Source: an uncultured Rikenellaceae bacterium
Lineage (GTDB): Bacteria > Bacteroidota > Bacteroidia > Bacteroidales > VadinHA17
Reading direction: 5' to 3'
Length of the DNA stretch: 64,000 nt
Assembly (NCBI GenBank): GCA_964577305.1
Contig: CAZNYS010000007.1
Span: 12,562 to 76,561 of the forward strand
Part shown: piece after piece, positions 55,249-64,000 of the stretch
How positions within the stretch are numbered: the stretch's first letter is position 1
Layout: every line of letters starts with the position of its first letter
Made by a program: the position numbers and the translations under genes
The notes under the pieces: model-generated
Seen by the model: only the letters and a program-made list of their open reading frames with translations
Database searches by the model: none
What the model was told of the DNA's origin: nothing

Positions 55249-56613
55249 ATGAAAAGATATCTGGTACTGGCTATAGTTATGATCCTTGGCATAAAGGTTA
55301 CCCAAGCCCAGGAAATAATAAAGAGAGATCCTATGATTAGCAATATGGTTGAAGAGATCTCACGTGATAATATAGAAGCATATATACAGAAGCTTGTCAG
55401 CTTCCATACGCGTCATAATCTGAGTGTGCAGGGTAATCCTGAGATTGGTATAGGAGCAGCATGGAACTGGGTAAAGAATGAGATGAGAAAATATATTCCT
55501 GGTTCAGGTGGCCGCCTTTCAGTTGAATTTGTTAACTACACCGTTGGTGGAGAAGGCCAGAGGATAGATAAAGAAACCGAACTGAGGAATGTAATAGCCA
55601 CCATGCAGGGAACAGATCCTGCAGACGACAGGGTGTTACTTATCAGTGCCCACCTTGACAGCCGTGTCGAGGATAACTACGACAGTACAACATTCGCCCC
55701 GGGAGCCAATGATGACGGATCAGGCGTTGCAGCCATACTTGAGCTTGTAAGAATTATGTCAACACGTGAGTTCCCGGCAACTATCAAGTTTATGATCCTC
55801 ACGGGTGAGGAACATGGATTATATGGTGCTTCAGCAATGGCTGATATAGCCAGTGAAGAGAACTGGAATATCGTAGCCATGCTCAATAATGATATGATAG
55901 GTAACAGTGGGTCAAGTGGTACACTGCTGAATGATAATATGCGGGTAAGGGTTTTCAGCGAAGGCGTTCCGGCATACGAAACTGAACAGATGGCAAGGAT
56001 AAGATCATACACAGCGGCAGAGAATGACGGTAAGGCAAGACAGCTGGCAAGATATATAAAAGAAGTTGGTGAGAGGTATGTAGACCAGCTCGACGTAACC
56101 CTGGTATACAGGAATGACAGGTTTGGACGTGGCGGTGATCATACCCCGTTCTGCAGGAAAGGATTCACGGCTGTAAGGATATGCGAGTTCAACGAAAATT
56201 ACCACCGAACGCATGCTACACCCGGTGAAAGAGATGGTATAATGTATGGTGACCTGCCCGAAGGGGTTGATTATGAATATGTACGTAAAAATGCAGGTAT
56301 TAACCTGGCCAGCCTGGCTAACCTTGCCTCATCACCACAGCAACCGGCGAATGCAGGAATAGTTGTATCAGGTTTAAGTAATTCAACTACTCTCAGGTGG
56401 GAAAAACCCGTAGCCGGTAAGGAACCGGCAGGGTATTATATCCTGATGCGCGAAACATACCAGTCCATGTGGCAGAAAAAGATCTTCGTGACAGATAAAG
56501 AGGTAAGCATACCCTATTCAAAAGATAACTACTTTTTTGCTATCCAGAGTGTGGACGCTGAAGGCCATGAAAGCCTCCCGGTCTTTCCTGGCCCTGCACG
56601 AACCAGAAGGTAA
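55249..56613 (+). CDS. M28 family metallopeptidase with C-terminal Fn3-like domain
   Basis: Signal peptide. SAHLDS...APGANDDGSGVAAILELVR...FMILTGEEHGLYGAS...NNDMIG are zinc-ligand blocks. The C-terminal part LRWEKP...YYILMRET resembles Fn3. Confidence 0.85.
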   Translation: MKRYLVLAIVMILGIKVTQAQEIIKRDPMISNMVEEISRDNIEAYIQKLVSFHTRHNLSVQGNPEIGIGAAWNWVKNEMRKYIPGSGGRLSVEFVNYTVGGEGQRIDKETELRNVIATMQGTDPADDRVLLISAHLDSRVEDNYDSTTFAPGANDDGSGVAAILELVRIMSTREFPATIKFMILTGEEHGLYGASAMADIASEENWNIVAMLNNDMIGNSGSSGTLLNDNMRVRVFSEGVPAYETEQMARIRSYTAAENDGKARQLARYIKEVGERYVDQLDVTLVYRNDRFGRGGDHTPFCRKGFTAVRICEFNENYHRTHATPGERDGIMYGDLPEGVDYEYVRKNAGINLASLANLASSPQQPANAGIVVSGLSNSTTLRWEKPVAGKEPAGYYILMRETYQSMWQKKIFVTDKEVSIPYSKDNYFFAIQSVDAEGHESLPVFPGPARTRR

Positions 56614-56617
56614 AATA

Positions 56618-58003
56618 TTAGCTGCAAATAGCTTCTACTTCTTCAACTGTCTTGGGAATGGGCTTACCCAATACCTTATGGCCCGATTCGGTTATTAGTA
56701 CGTCGTCTTCAATACGCACACCGCCGAAATCAAGGTATTTTTCAGCTTTATCGTAATTAATAAACTCTAAATGTAATCGTTCGGATTTCCATTTACCCAT
56801 CAACTCAGGGATAAAATAACAACCCGGTTCAATGGTTAATACATGCCCTGGCTTAAATGGAAGGGCAAACCTCAGGAATGCCAGCCCGAACTGATCGCTT
56901 CTCTTAACCTCATTATTATAACCAACGTAGTTCTCTCCAAGACCTTCCATATCGTGAACATCCAGACCCATCATATGACCGAGCCCGTGCGGCATGAACA
57001 GTGCATGGGCACCACTGGTAACAGCTTCATCAACATCTCCCTTCATTATTCCCAGCTCCTTCAGTCCCCTGGTAAGCACTCTGCAGGCTTCCAGATGAAG
57101 ATCCTTATTTGATTTTCCAGGTCCCGCAGTCTGTATGGCTTTTAGATTTGCTTCAAGTACTATTTCATAAATCTCCTTTTGCCTTGAATTGAATTTTCCT
57201 CCTACCGGTGTGGTGCGTGTAATATCTGAAGCATAGTGAATATTGGTTTCAGCACCGGCATCGGTTACCATCATTCGTCCTTGAGTAAGAATATTATCAT
57301 GATTGTGATTATGGAGTGTCTGGCCGTTTATGCTCAGTATTATTGGGAAAGATGGCCCCATGCCCTGTGCCAGTGCTATTCCTTCAATAGCCCCGAATAT
57401 TTCCTGCTCCTTCACTTCCGGTTTACACATCTTCATAGCTGTTGTATGCATATCATATGCTATATCAACCGCTTTTTCAATCTCCTTTATCTCCCAGGGT
57501 TCTTTGTATGAACGCAAGGCAACAACTGACTTTATCAATTCTTCAGATGCCTTTGACTTCATCTGGCAGGGATTCTCTTTAAGCAAAGCTCCCAGGGTCA
57601 TCTTATTCTCTCCCCGACAGGGAGGTAAGAAATGTATTTTCCTGCCCGCTGACTTAGCTTCTTCAATAAAATCTGCAAGCATGCCCACAGGCATTGTATC
57701 CCTTACCCCTGCCCGCTTAGCCAGTTCCCTGATTGATGGCTGAGGACCCATCCATATAATATCATCCATATCAACATCATTACCAAAAATATAGTCCTTT
57801 CCCTTATCAATATCCAGTATCCCTGCAAGACCTTGGAGGTCAAGGCCAAAAAAATACAGGAAATCACTGTCCTGCCTGAAATGAAAAGGATTGGCAGGGT
57901 AATTCATTGGGGAATCAACATTGCCTAAAATAAGAACAATGCCATCCGGCATTGATTTTCTTAATGATTCTCTCCTGTTAGTGTACACTTCTGCTTTAAA
58001 CAT
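56618..58003 (-). CDS. Xaa-Pro aminopeptidase (M24B, aminopeptidase P family)
   Basis: AMP_N-type N-terminus (FRQDSDFLYFFG). Catalytic domain DAGAE...YASDITRT, HGLGHMMGLDVHD, TIEPGCYF, GVRIEDDVLIT. Confidence 0.9.
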   Translation of the reverse strand: MFKAEVYTNRRESLRKSMPDGIVLILGNVDSPMNYPANPFHFRQDSDFLYFFGLDLQGLAGILDIDKGKDYIFGNDVDMDDIIWMGPQPSIRELAKRAGVRDTMPVGMLADFIEEAKSAGRKIHFLPPCRGENKMTLGALLKENPCQMKSKASEELIKSVVALRSYKEPWEIKEIEKAVDIAYDMHTTAMKMCKPEVKEQEIFGAIEGIALAQGMGPSFPIILSINGQTLHNHNHDNILTQGRMMVTDAGAETNIHYASDITRTTPVGGKFNSRQKEIYEIVLEANLKAIQTAGPGKSNKDLHLEACRVLTRGLKELGIMKGDVDEAVTSGAHALFMPHGLGHMMGLDVHDMEGLGENYVGYNNEVKRSDQFGLAFLRFALPFKPGHVLTIEPGCYFIPELMGKWKSERLHLEFINYDKAEKYLDFGGVRIEDDVLITESGHKVLGKPIPKTVEEVEAICS

Positions 58004-58269
58004 ATTATTGCTTTTTTGTAATTAATTACTTTATATAAAACATAAAAATACGTCTATTAAACTGCAATACAAAATGTTCATCAATGGTAAAGCATTATAT
58101 TTGCCGCCTTAAAAACAATGTTTTCAACAGGATAATAACAGGAAACAACAAACATTATATTTTTTTGCAAAAAGTATTGAAAATCACCAGCGAATACTAT
58201 TGTTGTTTCTTTCAAATTTTGTATATTCGCACTCATTGCTAACAAGTTTTCAACAATTTGTCTGTTAAT

Positions 58270-58977
58270 ATGCCCTATCGCCGATTACCAAACACAGATG
58301 CTGCAAGGATAAGAGCCATGGAACAGGCTCTTGTTAAGGGGCAGGAACTGCCTCCGTTTAAGCTTGCCTATACTGCCGATACTTATGTTAAACTCCAGGC
58401 TTTTCTCCCCTCTTTCAAACATAATTATCAGTTGCAAAGACAATCATATAACAATCAGGTTGAAAATGACAAGGATTACAAGGAATTACAGAAAAAGGCA
58501 AAAACTTATATAAATCATTTTCTCCGGGTAATGAATATGGCGGTTCAGAGAAAAGACCTGCGCCAGGATACACTTGAATTCTTTGGTCTCACCAACGGCC
58601 ATGCATCATTACCAACACTCACCTCAGAAAAAGATATCATCTACTGGGGCAACAAGATCATAGAAGGTGAAGCAGCAAGGATCAGGACGGGGCAAACGCC
58701 AGTTACCAATCCTACCGTTGCGGTAGTTAAGGTACACTTCGAAGATTTTCTTGAAGCCTATCATTTTAAAAATACCCTGCAAAAAAGAACAAATGTTTAT
58801 TCTGATAAAATCAGTGAACTGAGGAGGAAGGCTGATGAGCTGATCGCTAAGGTATGGAATGAGGTTGAGAATACTTATTCTGACCTTCCTGAAGAAGAAA
58901 AAAGATTAAAAGCAAAAAACTACGGCCTGGTATATGTTTTCAGGAAAAGTGAGCTTCAGAAGATAGAAGGGAATTAA
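58270..58977 (+). CDS. hypothetical protein
   Basis: 235 aa from ATG 58270 (MPYRRLPNTDAARIRAMEQAL). The ORF track starts at TTG 58258. Helical, with no signal peptide and no recognised motif. Confidence 0.6.
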   Translation: MPYRRLPNTDAARIRAMEQALVKGQELPPFKLAYTADTYVKLQAFLPSFKHNYQLQRQSYNNQVENDKDYKELQKKAKTYINHFLRVMNMAVQRKDLRQDTLEFFGLTNGHASLPTLTSEKDIIYWGNKIIEGEAARIRTGQTPVTNPTVAVVKVHFEDFLEAYHFKNTLQKRTNVYSDKISELRRKADELIAKVWNEVENTYSDLPEEEKRLKAKNYGLVYVFRKSELQKIEGN

Positions 58978-59897
58978 TTATCAGTTAAGCTTACTTTCCG
59001 TATATTAACCATGATAAGAACAGCAATAATGGCTGGTATTATTACAATCAGACCCTCCTTTGAGGAAAATTCATCCATGGTTCTGTTAATATATTCCCAT
59101 CCATAAAAATAAGATAATATAACCGGAATGGCATTGTTTATCAGATGAGCCAGTACAGGAAGCCATATATTCCGCGACCATAAATATATATAACCAAATC
59201 CCAGTCCAAGTATAAACCTTGGTATAAAACCATAAAACTGCAGATGTGAAGCACTGAACAGGAAAGCAGTAAGTAAAACAGCAAGATTGCCTGACTTCAG
59301 CCATCCTGTAAATATATTTTGCAGCACTCCCCTGTATAGGAACTCCTCTCCAATAGCAGGGAGTATGGCTATTATGATTATATTGATCATCAAAGCTCCT
59401 GTTGTGCCTGCTTGCATAAGTACCTGAGTGATGCGTTCGGTCTGCAATTCTTTCCTGCTCATCCATTGCTCAAGTCTGCCGAGCCAATCGGGCAGATCAA
59501 GACCTGCGTTCAGCCAGGCAAGATAACTGTTCAATGGAATAAGGAATACGATTAATAATATACTTAATATTGTGGCTGTCAGCCCGGGTTTTTGTTTAAG
59601 CCCAAGGTAAGAAGTAATATCACCTTTCATCAGGAAAGCTATTAATATGGCAGGAAGCAAAAACATTGACATATGCTGAAATGTCTGCAGGTACTTAAAA
59701 TAATTTATCTCTTTTACGTCTGGATTTAACTGCCCGATCTCTGCTCCACCCGGGACAATCCCAAAAAACAGCCACGCTGTCAGCAGCGTAATTACCAGCC
59801 CTGCCATAGAGATAATCAGTATTACCAGCATTGATACTATGAACTGTACAAAGGGCTTCTTTGTACTTAAGGGTATCAATTCTGAATAATCTGTCAT
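58974..59897 (-). CDS. CPBP family intramembrane glutamic endopeptidase (CAAX protease-like)
   Basis: GEEFLYRGVLQ (EExxxR), FSASHLQ (FxxxH), AHLINNA (HxxxN). The start is set at ATG 59897; the ORF is open to 59936. Confidence 0.82.
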   Translation of the reverse strand: MTDYSELIPLSTKKPFVQFIVSMLVILIISMAGLVITLLTAWLFFGIVPGGAEIGQLNPDVKEINYFKYLQTFQHMSMFLLPAILIAFLMKGDITSYLGLKQKPGLTATILSILLIVFLIPLNSYLAWLNAGLDLPDWLGRLEQWMSRKELQTERITQVLMQAGTTGALMINIIIIAILPAIGEEFLYRGVLQNIFTGWLKSGNLAVLLTAFLFSASHLQFYGFIPRFILGLGFGYIYLWSRNIWLPVLAHLINNAIPVILSYFYGWEYINRTMDEFSSKEGLIVIIPAIIAVLIMVNIRKVSLTDN

Positions 59898-59954
59898 TTT
59901 ATTAATTTTGCAGCGAAGATAATTAATTAGGTACAATTATATAAACAGCCGGTT

Positions 59955-60938
59955 TTGAATATAGGTGATACAGATTTGGGCAACAGGCCATTATTCCTCG
60001 CTCCCATGGAGGATATCACTGACCCTTCATTCAGGAGTATCTGCAAGCATTACGGTGCCGACCTGATGTATACCGAATTTGTTTCATCGGATGGTCTTAT
60101 CAGGGATGGTGCCAAAAGTGTCAGGAAGCTTGGTATTAATGATGAAGAGAGACCCATCGGCATACAAATATACGGACATGTCATTGACTCAATGGTTGAG
60201 GCCGCAAAAATAGCTGAATCGGCTGACCCGGAACTTATTGATATTAATTTCGGATGCCCTGTGAAGAAGATCGCCAACAGGGGAGCCGGTTCAGGAATGA
60301 TGAGGAATGTTCCGCTTATGGTTAAAATGACTGATGCTATTGTAAAGGCTGTCAGGCTGCCAGTAACAGTAAAAACACGTCTTGGTTGGGATGAAGACAA
60401 TAGAAATATTGCTGATATTTCAGAAAGGCTACAGGATGTTGGAATTGCTGCAATTACCATTCACGGCAGAACAAGATCACAGATGTACAAAGGTGATGCA
60501 GACTGGAGGCTGATAGGAGAAGTAAAGAGTAATCCGAGGATGAGGATACCGGTAATAGGCAATGGTGACATCAATGGACCGGAGAGAGCAAATTATGCAT
60601 TCAAACATTACGGTGTGGATGGAATAATGATAGGAAGGTCAACCGTAGGACGTCCCTGGATATTCAGGGAAATTAAGCATTACTTTCGGACAGGTGAAAT
60701 TTTACCTGAACCAACACTCGACGAAAAAGTGGATCTTGCCATCCTTCATCTCAAAAGATCAATTGAGCATAAAGAAGGTTACAGGGGCATTTATGAAATG
60801 CGGAGGCATCTTTCCAACTATTTCAGGGGCTTACCCAACTTCAGGAAAACACGTCTGAAGCTGCTCACTTCACTTGATGCTGAAGAGATATTCAACCTAT
60901 TAGAATTTATTAGAATGAACTGGTCTTTTTATAAATAG
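59955..60938 (+). CDS. dusB: tRNA-dihydrouridine synthase
   Basis: LFLAPMEDITDPSFR...IDINFGCPVKKI...VTVKTRLGWD...ITIHGRTR...GNGDI. TTG start. Confidence 0.9.
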   Translation: MNIGDTDLGNRPLFLAPMEDITDPSFRSICKHYGADLMYTEFVSSDGLIRDGAKSVRKLGINDEERPIGIQIYGHVIDSMVEAAKIAESADPELIDINFGCPVKKIANRGAGSGMMRNVPLMVKMTDAIVKAVRLPVTVKTRLGWDEDNRNIADISERLQDVGIAAITIHGRTRSQMYKGDADWRLIGEVKSNPRMRIPVIGNGDINGPERANYAFKHYGVDGIMIGRSTVGRPWIFREIKHYFRTGEILPEPTLDEKVDLAILHLKRSIEHKEGYRGIYEMRRHLSNYFRGLPNFRKTRLKLLTSLDAEEIFNLLEFIRMNWSFYK

Positions 60939-60940
60939 TG

Positions 60941-60993
60941 GTTCGAGCTCGCCGAATCCCCGCGGCAAGGTTCAGAGAACCTCGCCAGCGGGG
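60941..60993. repeat. ttcgagctcgcc motif plus long GC hairpin between convergent genes
   Basis: ttcgagctcgcc (60942..60953) is identical to 44333..44344. The hairpin 60958..60993, ccccgcggcaaggtt-cagag-aacctcgccagcgggg, has about 14 bp with one mismatch and one bulge. Confidence 0.6.
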
Positions 60994-61070
60994 TGAGGCA
61001 ATCTTATATCATACTCATCCTTAAGTGTCCAGACCGGCTCATCAATGGTCGCTTATAGTGGCAAAGTTAT

Positions 61071-61622
61071 TTATTCCTCGTCATACCAGTAGCCGTAGCC
61101 ATATCCAGGGCCATAGCCTGCTCCACAGGGACCCAGTCCGCGGCCTCCAAAGGCAGCTCTGCCTCTTCCACGGCCCATGCCTCTCCCGGGGGCAAAGTTA
61201 TTATATCCTCGCCCTGCTCCCCTGCCATATGCAGGTGCGCTACGCAGGCCCCTGGGACCCACTCCGAAGTAGGTACTGTTCAAATATTCTTTTTGTTCCT
61301 CGGTGAGTAATGCCTTAACCTGCTTGATATGTTCATTATGCTGACGCAGCATAGCTGCACCTATCTCGTTCATTTCTTCAAAAGTTGCTGCTGACTGTCT
61401 CTTGAGACGCAGTTCATCGGTTTTCTGACGATGGGCCTCATTGACAGCAAGTATTCTTTCTTTCTGCTGTTCATCAAGTCCGGGAATATCCAGGCAATAT
61501 CCAAGTGGCTGCCTGATCTGGTTTCTGCTAAACCTGCCATACTGAGCACTGGTTATCAGTGTACCTGTAAAAACAAGTATTGCTGCGAGTGCTATAATTC
61601 TGATTTTACTTTTCATGATCAT
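61071..61622 (-). CDS. Spy/CpxP/ZraP-like periplasmic protein with Gly/Arg/Tyr-rich tail
   Basis: Signal peptide MIMKSKIRIIALAAILVFTGTLITSAQ. LTxxQ-type motifs LDEQQKERI and LTEEQKEYL. Tail GRGAGRGYNNFAPGRGMGRGRGRAAFGGRGLGPCGAGYGPGYGYGYWYDEE. Confidence 0.75.
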   Translation of the reverse strand: MIMKSKIRIIALAAILVFTGTLITSAQYGRFSRNQIRQPLGYCLDIPGLDEQQKERILAVNEAHRQKTDELRLKRQSAATFEEMNEIGAAMLRQHNEHIKQVKALLTEEQKEYLNSTYFGVGPRGLRSAPAYGRGAGRGYNNFAPGRGMGRGRGRAAFGGRGLGPCGAGYGPGYGYGYWYDEE

Positions 61623-61649
61623 TATTGTTTTTATTATACATATTTATAT

Positions 61650-62210
61650 TTATTCTAAAGGTAATTCTCTTTGATTCCTGCCGCCTCCCCTTCTCAGTCC
61701 GCGTCCTGCACCACCTCGTCCCCTTCCATATATGGCTCCTTCGGGATCGAGCATATCCCTGAACATAAAATGCAATCTTTCCCTCTGTGTTTCATCAGAC
61801 ACTGATTTAAGGTTAAGATAGTATTCCATGGTCAGTTTTTTCATATCCTTGTGTAATCTCCCGAATTCTGAAGCTATATCATTGAGTAATGCGGTATCCG
61901 GGTTTTCTGAAGCCATTTCATCTACCATCTGTTGACGCAGTTCCCTCATTTCTTCTGAAAGCTGATTTGCTTTCGTGTTAAATTGCACGTTATAGTTATT
62001 GAATGCCGGGACTTGTTCATCACTTATACCTATCTGGTTATTAAAATAGCCAATTCTTCTGTCTCTTGGCAGTTCTATTACGGGAGGTTGTGAATCTTCT
62101 TCCTGCTCCTGTTTATTTAAGCTTACAGTTGTAACAATGGTAGCTATATTGGTAACCAGGAGGAAGATTATTATTATGATATATATAGCTGTTCTATTCA
62201 TTATCCTCAT
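61650..62210 (-). CDS. Spy/CpxP-like periplasmic protein with RG-rich tail
   Basis: N-terminal TM/signal segment. ISDEQVPAF and VSDETQRERL motifs. Tail GRGRGGAGRGLRRGGGRNQ. The 5' end overlaps the anti-sigma gene by 17 nt. Confidence 0.7.
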   Translation of the reverse strand: MRIMNRTAIYIIIIIFLLVTNIATIVTTVSLNKQEQEEDSQPPVIELPRDRRIGYFNNQIGISDEQVPAFNNYNVQFNTKANQLSEEMRELRQQMVDEMASENPDTALLNDIASEFGRLHKDMKKLTMEYYLNLKSVSDETQRERLHFMFRDMLDPEGAIYGRGRGGAGRGLRRGGGRNQRELPLE

Positions 62211-62634
62211 ATTTTATCAGAAAGAAGCTTTCAATAGGTTCCTGGTACATATCATTCAGGTAATATTCTTCATCGCTTAATTCACCTGTTCTGTATCCTC
62301 CTGGTCCTGAAGCAACTTTTGCTATATTTATACCGGTAAAGACACCAAATATTATAACAGCAGCGGCAGCTGCATACTTGATCATACTGAACAGAGGGAT
62401 GCTTACTGCTTTTTTCGCTGAATGCATCTCTCCTATTACCTTACCTGCAAATTCATTATCTTCATTGATCTTCTTCTCCTCCTCAATAACACCAAGGCTT
62501 GCCCTCAGCATATCAGCAAAAGCAGCACAATTAGTACAAAGCCTGAGATGTTCTTCTACAGACTTACTTTTTACCTCATCGAGGCTTCCCTCGATATAAA
62601 AGATCAGATGCTTATGTACCTGTTTGCAATTCAT
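62194..62634 (-). CDS. zf-HC2 type anti-sigma factor
   Basis: MNCKQVHKHLIFYIEGSLDEVKSKSVEEHLRLCTNCAAF follows the H-x3-C-x2-C pattern, followed by one TM helix (AAAAAVIIFGVFTGINI). Confidence 0.75.
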   Translation of the reverse strand: MNCKQVHKHLIFYIEGSLDEVKSKSVEEHLRLCTNCAAFADMLRASLGVIEEEKKINEDNEFAGKVIGEMHSAKKAVSIPLFSMIKYAAAAAVIIFGVFTGINIAKVASGPGGYRTGELSDEEYYLNDMYQEPIESFFLIKYEDNE

Positions 62635-62684
62635 ATTTTATTCTTACTGTTATTTTGACACATATTTTTAAAAAAACTTGCGCT

Positions 62685-63308
62685 CTACTTTAGGTTTTTT
62701 TCATAGTAATCATGAAGTCTTTTCTGAAGATTCTTTTTAGCCCTGAAAAGAAGTGATTCAACCGCAGAAACGCTTGTTTTCATTACTTCTGCAATCTCAC
62801 TGTATTTCATATCTTCATATTTACTTAAGACAAATGCCGTTCGCTGTGCTGCTGGCAGATTATCTAAAGCCTTATGCAATACCTTCGCGAGCTCCTTTTG
62901 TGTTAACTGTTTATAGGCTGAGTAATCTATACTTCCCCTGTTCTCAATATCAGTTACCTGAGAAGAGTTATCATAAACTCTGTTCTTTCTGTCCCTGACA
63001 AAGTTCAGTGATTTATTTACTGTTATCCGGTAAATCCAGGTTGAAAGTGATGAGCGTGCTTTGAACCTGTCAATCGACCTGAATACTTCCAGGAAAACAT
63101 CCTGTGCCAGGTCTTCAGCATCCTCTGCTGAACGAGTGAACCCCCTGCACATCCTTAGGACAGGTTCCCTGTAATTATCAATAAGCTCCCTGTATGCATG
63201 CTCTTCACCTGCAATAAGCTTCTTGATTAATTGCTCCTCACTATTATTCCTGTTGTTAATCACCCGGTCGCTTTTCTGTATCTCCTGTATCTTTATTCCA
63301 TTAGACAC
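62685..63308 (-). CDS. ECF-type RNA polymerase sigma-70 factor
   Basis: YRELIDNYREPVLRMCRGFTRSAEDAEDLAQDVFLEVFRSIDRF (region 2). KYEDMKYSEIAEVMKTSVSAVESLLFRAKKNL (region 4). Confidence 0.88.
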   Translation of the reverse strand: MSNGIKIQEIQKSDRVINNRNNSEEQLIKKLIAGEEHAYRELIDNYREPVLRMCRGFTRSAEDAEDLAQDVFLEVFRSIDRFKARSSLSTWIYRITVNKSLNFVRDRKNRVYDNSSQVTDIENRGSIDYSAYKQLTQKELAKVLHKALDNLPAAQRTAFVLSKYEDMKYSEIAEVMKTSVSAVESLLFRAKKNLQKRLHDYYEKNLK

Positions 63309-63329
63309 AGGAAACAGTCAATAATTGCG

Positions 63330-63992
63330 CTATGAATTATAATTTATCACAAAAACATCCTTTAAACACCACCTGTTAAGTATTCCCATCAGGACAAAGA
63401 ATATAACAGATAAGATGACCAATGATAAAAAATCTGTCCAGGGATAAACCTGTTGTTGCTCGAATATTGCGGGTGTTTGCAGGGCAGAAGATTTTTGTGT
63501 TACGAAGACTGAAAGGAAAACATTATTTGCCGCATGGGCTCCCATAGCAATCTCGATACCGTTATCAATTATAGTAATAAGTCCAAAGACGAGTCCGTAT
63601 GTTACGTACTGTGGGATCATTACCCAGAACCCGAATTCTTTAATTTCTGGATTAAAAGAATGCATTAAACCGAAGAATAATGATGTAATAATCAGGGGCA
63701 TCCACTTATTCCTGAACCAGGCACCGGCGCCCTGCATAAGGTAGCCCCTGAAAAGTAATTCCTCAAATGAAGTCTGGAAAGGGATAAGTAAAACGGCTAT
63801 TATTACCAGCCAAATTAATGATCTGGATAAATTATTTATAGTGAAATTCCCCGGATCATTAGTAATGCTGAAATATAAATATATACCCATTAAAATCATC
63901 CATACCAGGGCAGCCATGAAGAACTTCATCCACCGTATTCTCCCTCCTCCATTAAAAAGGGTTATGAACTTGCGCCTGTGAATAGGTTTCAT
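63330..63992 (-). CDS. CPBP family intramembrane glutamic endopeptidase (possibly extends beyond window)
   Basis: FEELLFRGYLMQ, FGLMHSFN and AHAANNV motifs. The reading frame is still open upstream of the first ATG at the window edge. Confidence 0.78.
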   Translation of the reverse strand: MKPIHRRKFITLFNGGGRIRWMKFFMAALVWMILMGIYLYFSITNDPGNFTINNLSRSLIWLVIIAVLLIPFQTSFEELLFRGYLMQGAGAWFRNKWMPLIITSLFFGLMHSFNPEIKEFGFWVMIPQYVTYGLVFGLITIIDNGIEIAMGAHAANNVFLSVFVTQKSSALQTPAIFEQQQVYPWTDFLSLVILSVIFFVLMGILNRWCLKDVFVINYNS

Positions 63993-64000
63993 TAACAGAT

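Noticed and set aside
61025-61306. 93-aa plus-strand ORF
   Set aside because: It lies antisense to the GC-rich Gly/Arg/Tyr tail of the Spy-like gene. The absence of stops is a by-product of the GC-rich repeat codons.

Overview
This 64-kb segment looks like core chromosome from a Bacteroidota genome. The lineage call rests on a T9SS C-terminal sorting domain, an ECF-sigma/FecR/STN module, a DUF2723 giant membrane protein, many lipoprotein signals and TAnnTTTG -7 boxes upstream of genes. I support about 56 protein-coding genes, 2 tRNAs (Ala-GGC, Leu-CAA) and one frameshifted pseudogene. I found no rRNA, CRISPR array, transposase, integrase or recognisable defence system.

Gene content is mainly housekeeping: hflX (partial), purD, rplM-rpsI-rpsB-tsf, pyrH-frr, dxs, sdhCAB/frdCAB, dusB and dCMP deaminase. 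There is also a large set of exported hydrolases: GH3, GH29, two S9 peptidases, S41, S1-like, M28, M24B and an amidase. Three separate ECF sigma / anti-sigma modules are present.

Items worth a second look:
1. A single ORF fuses a SpeA-like arginine decarboxylase to a truncated deoxyhypusine-synthase-like domain. It lies antisense between tsf and pyrH.
2. An ECF-sigma/FecR operon whose STN-domain partner is not a TonB-dependent barrel. It belongs instead to a two-member paralog family that brackets the operon.
3. A 1009-aa TerB-like/FHA-like/ABCG-type transporter with two small exported partners.
4. A modular family of GC-rich and AT-rich interspersed repeats and hairpins. It fills nearly every long intergenic gap, flanks both tRNAs, sits between convergent genes and in places supplies stop codons or terminal codons.
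5. Two probable gene-inactivation events visible at single-nucleotide resolution: an in-frame TAA after a signal peptide, and a G5 tract frameshift.

All family assignments come from motif recognition by eye. No database search was run.
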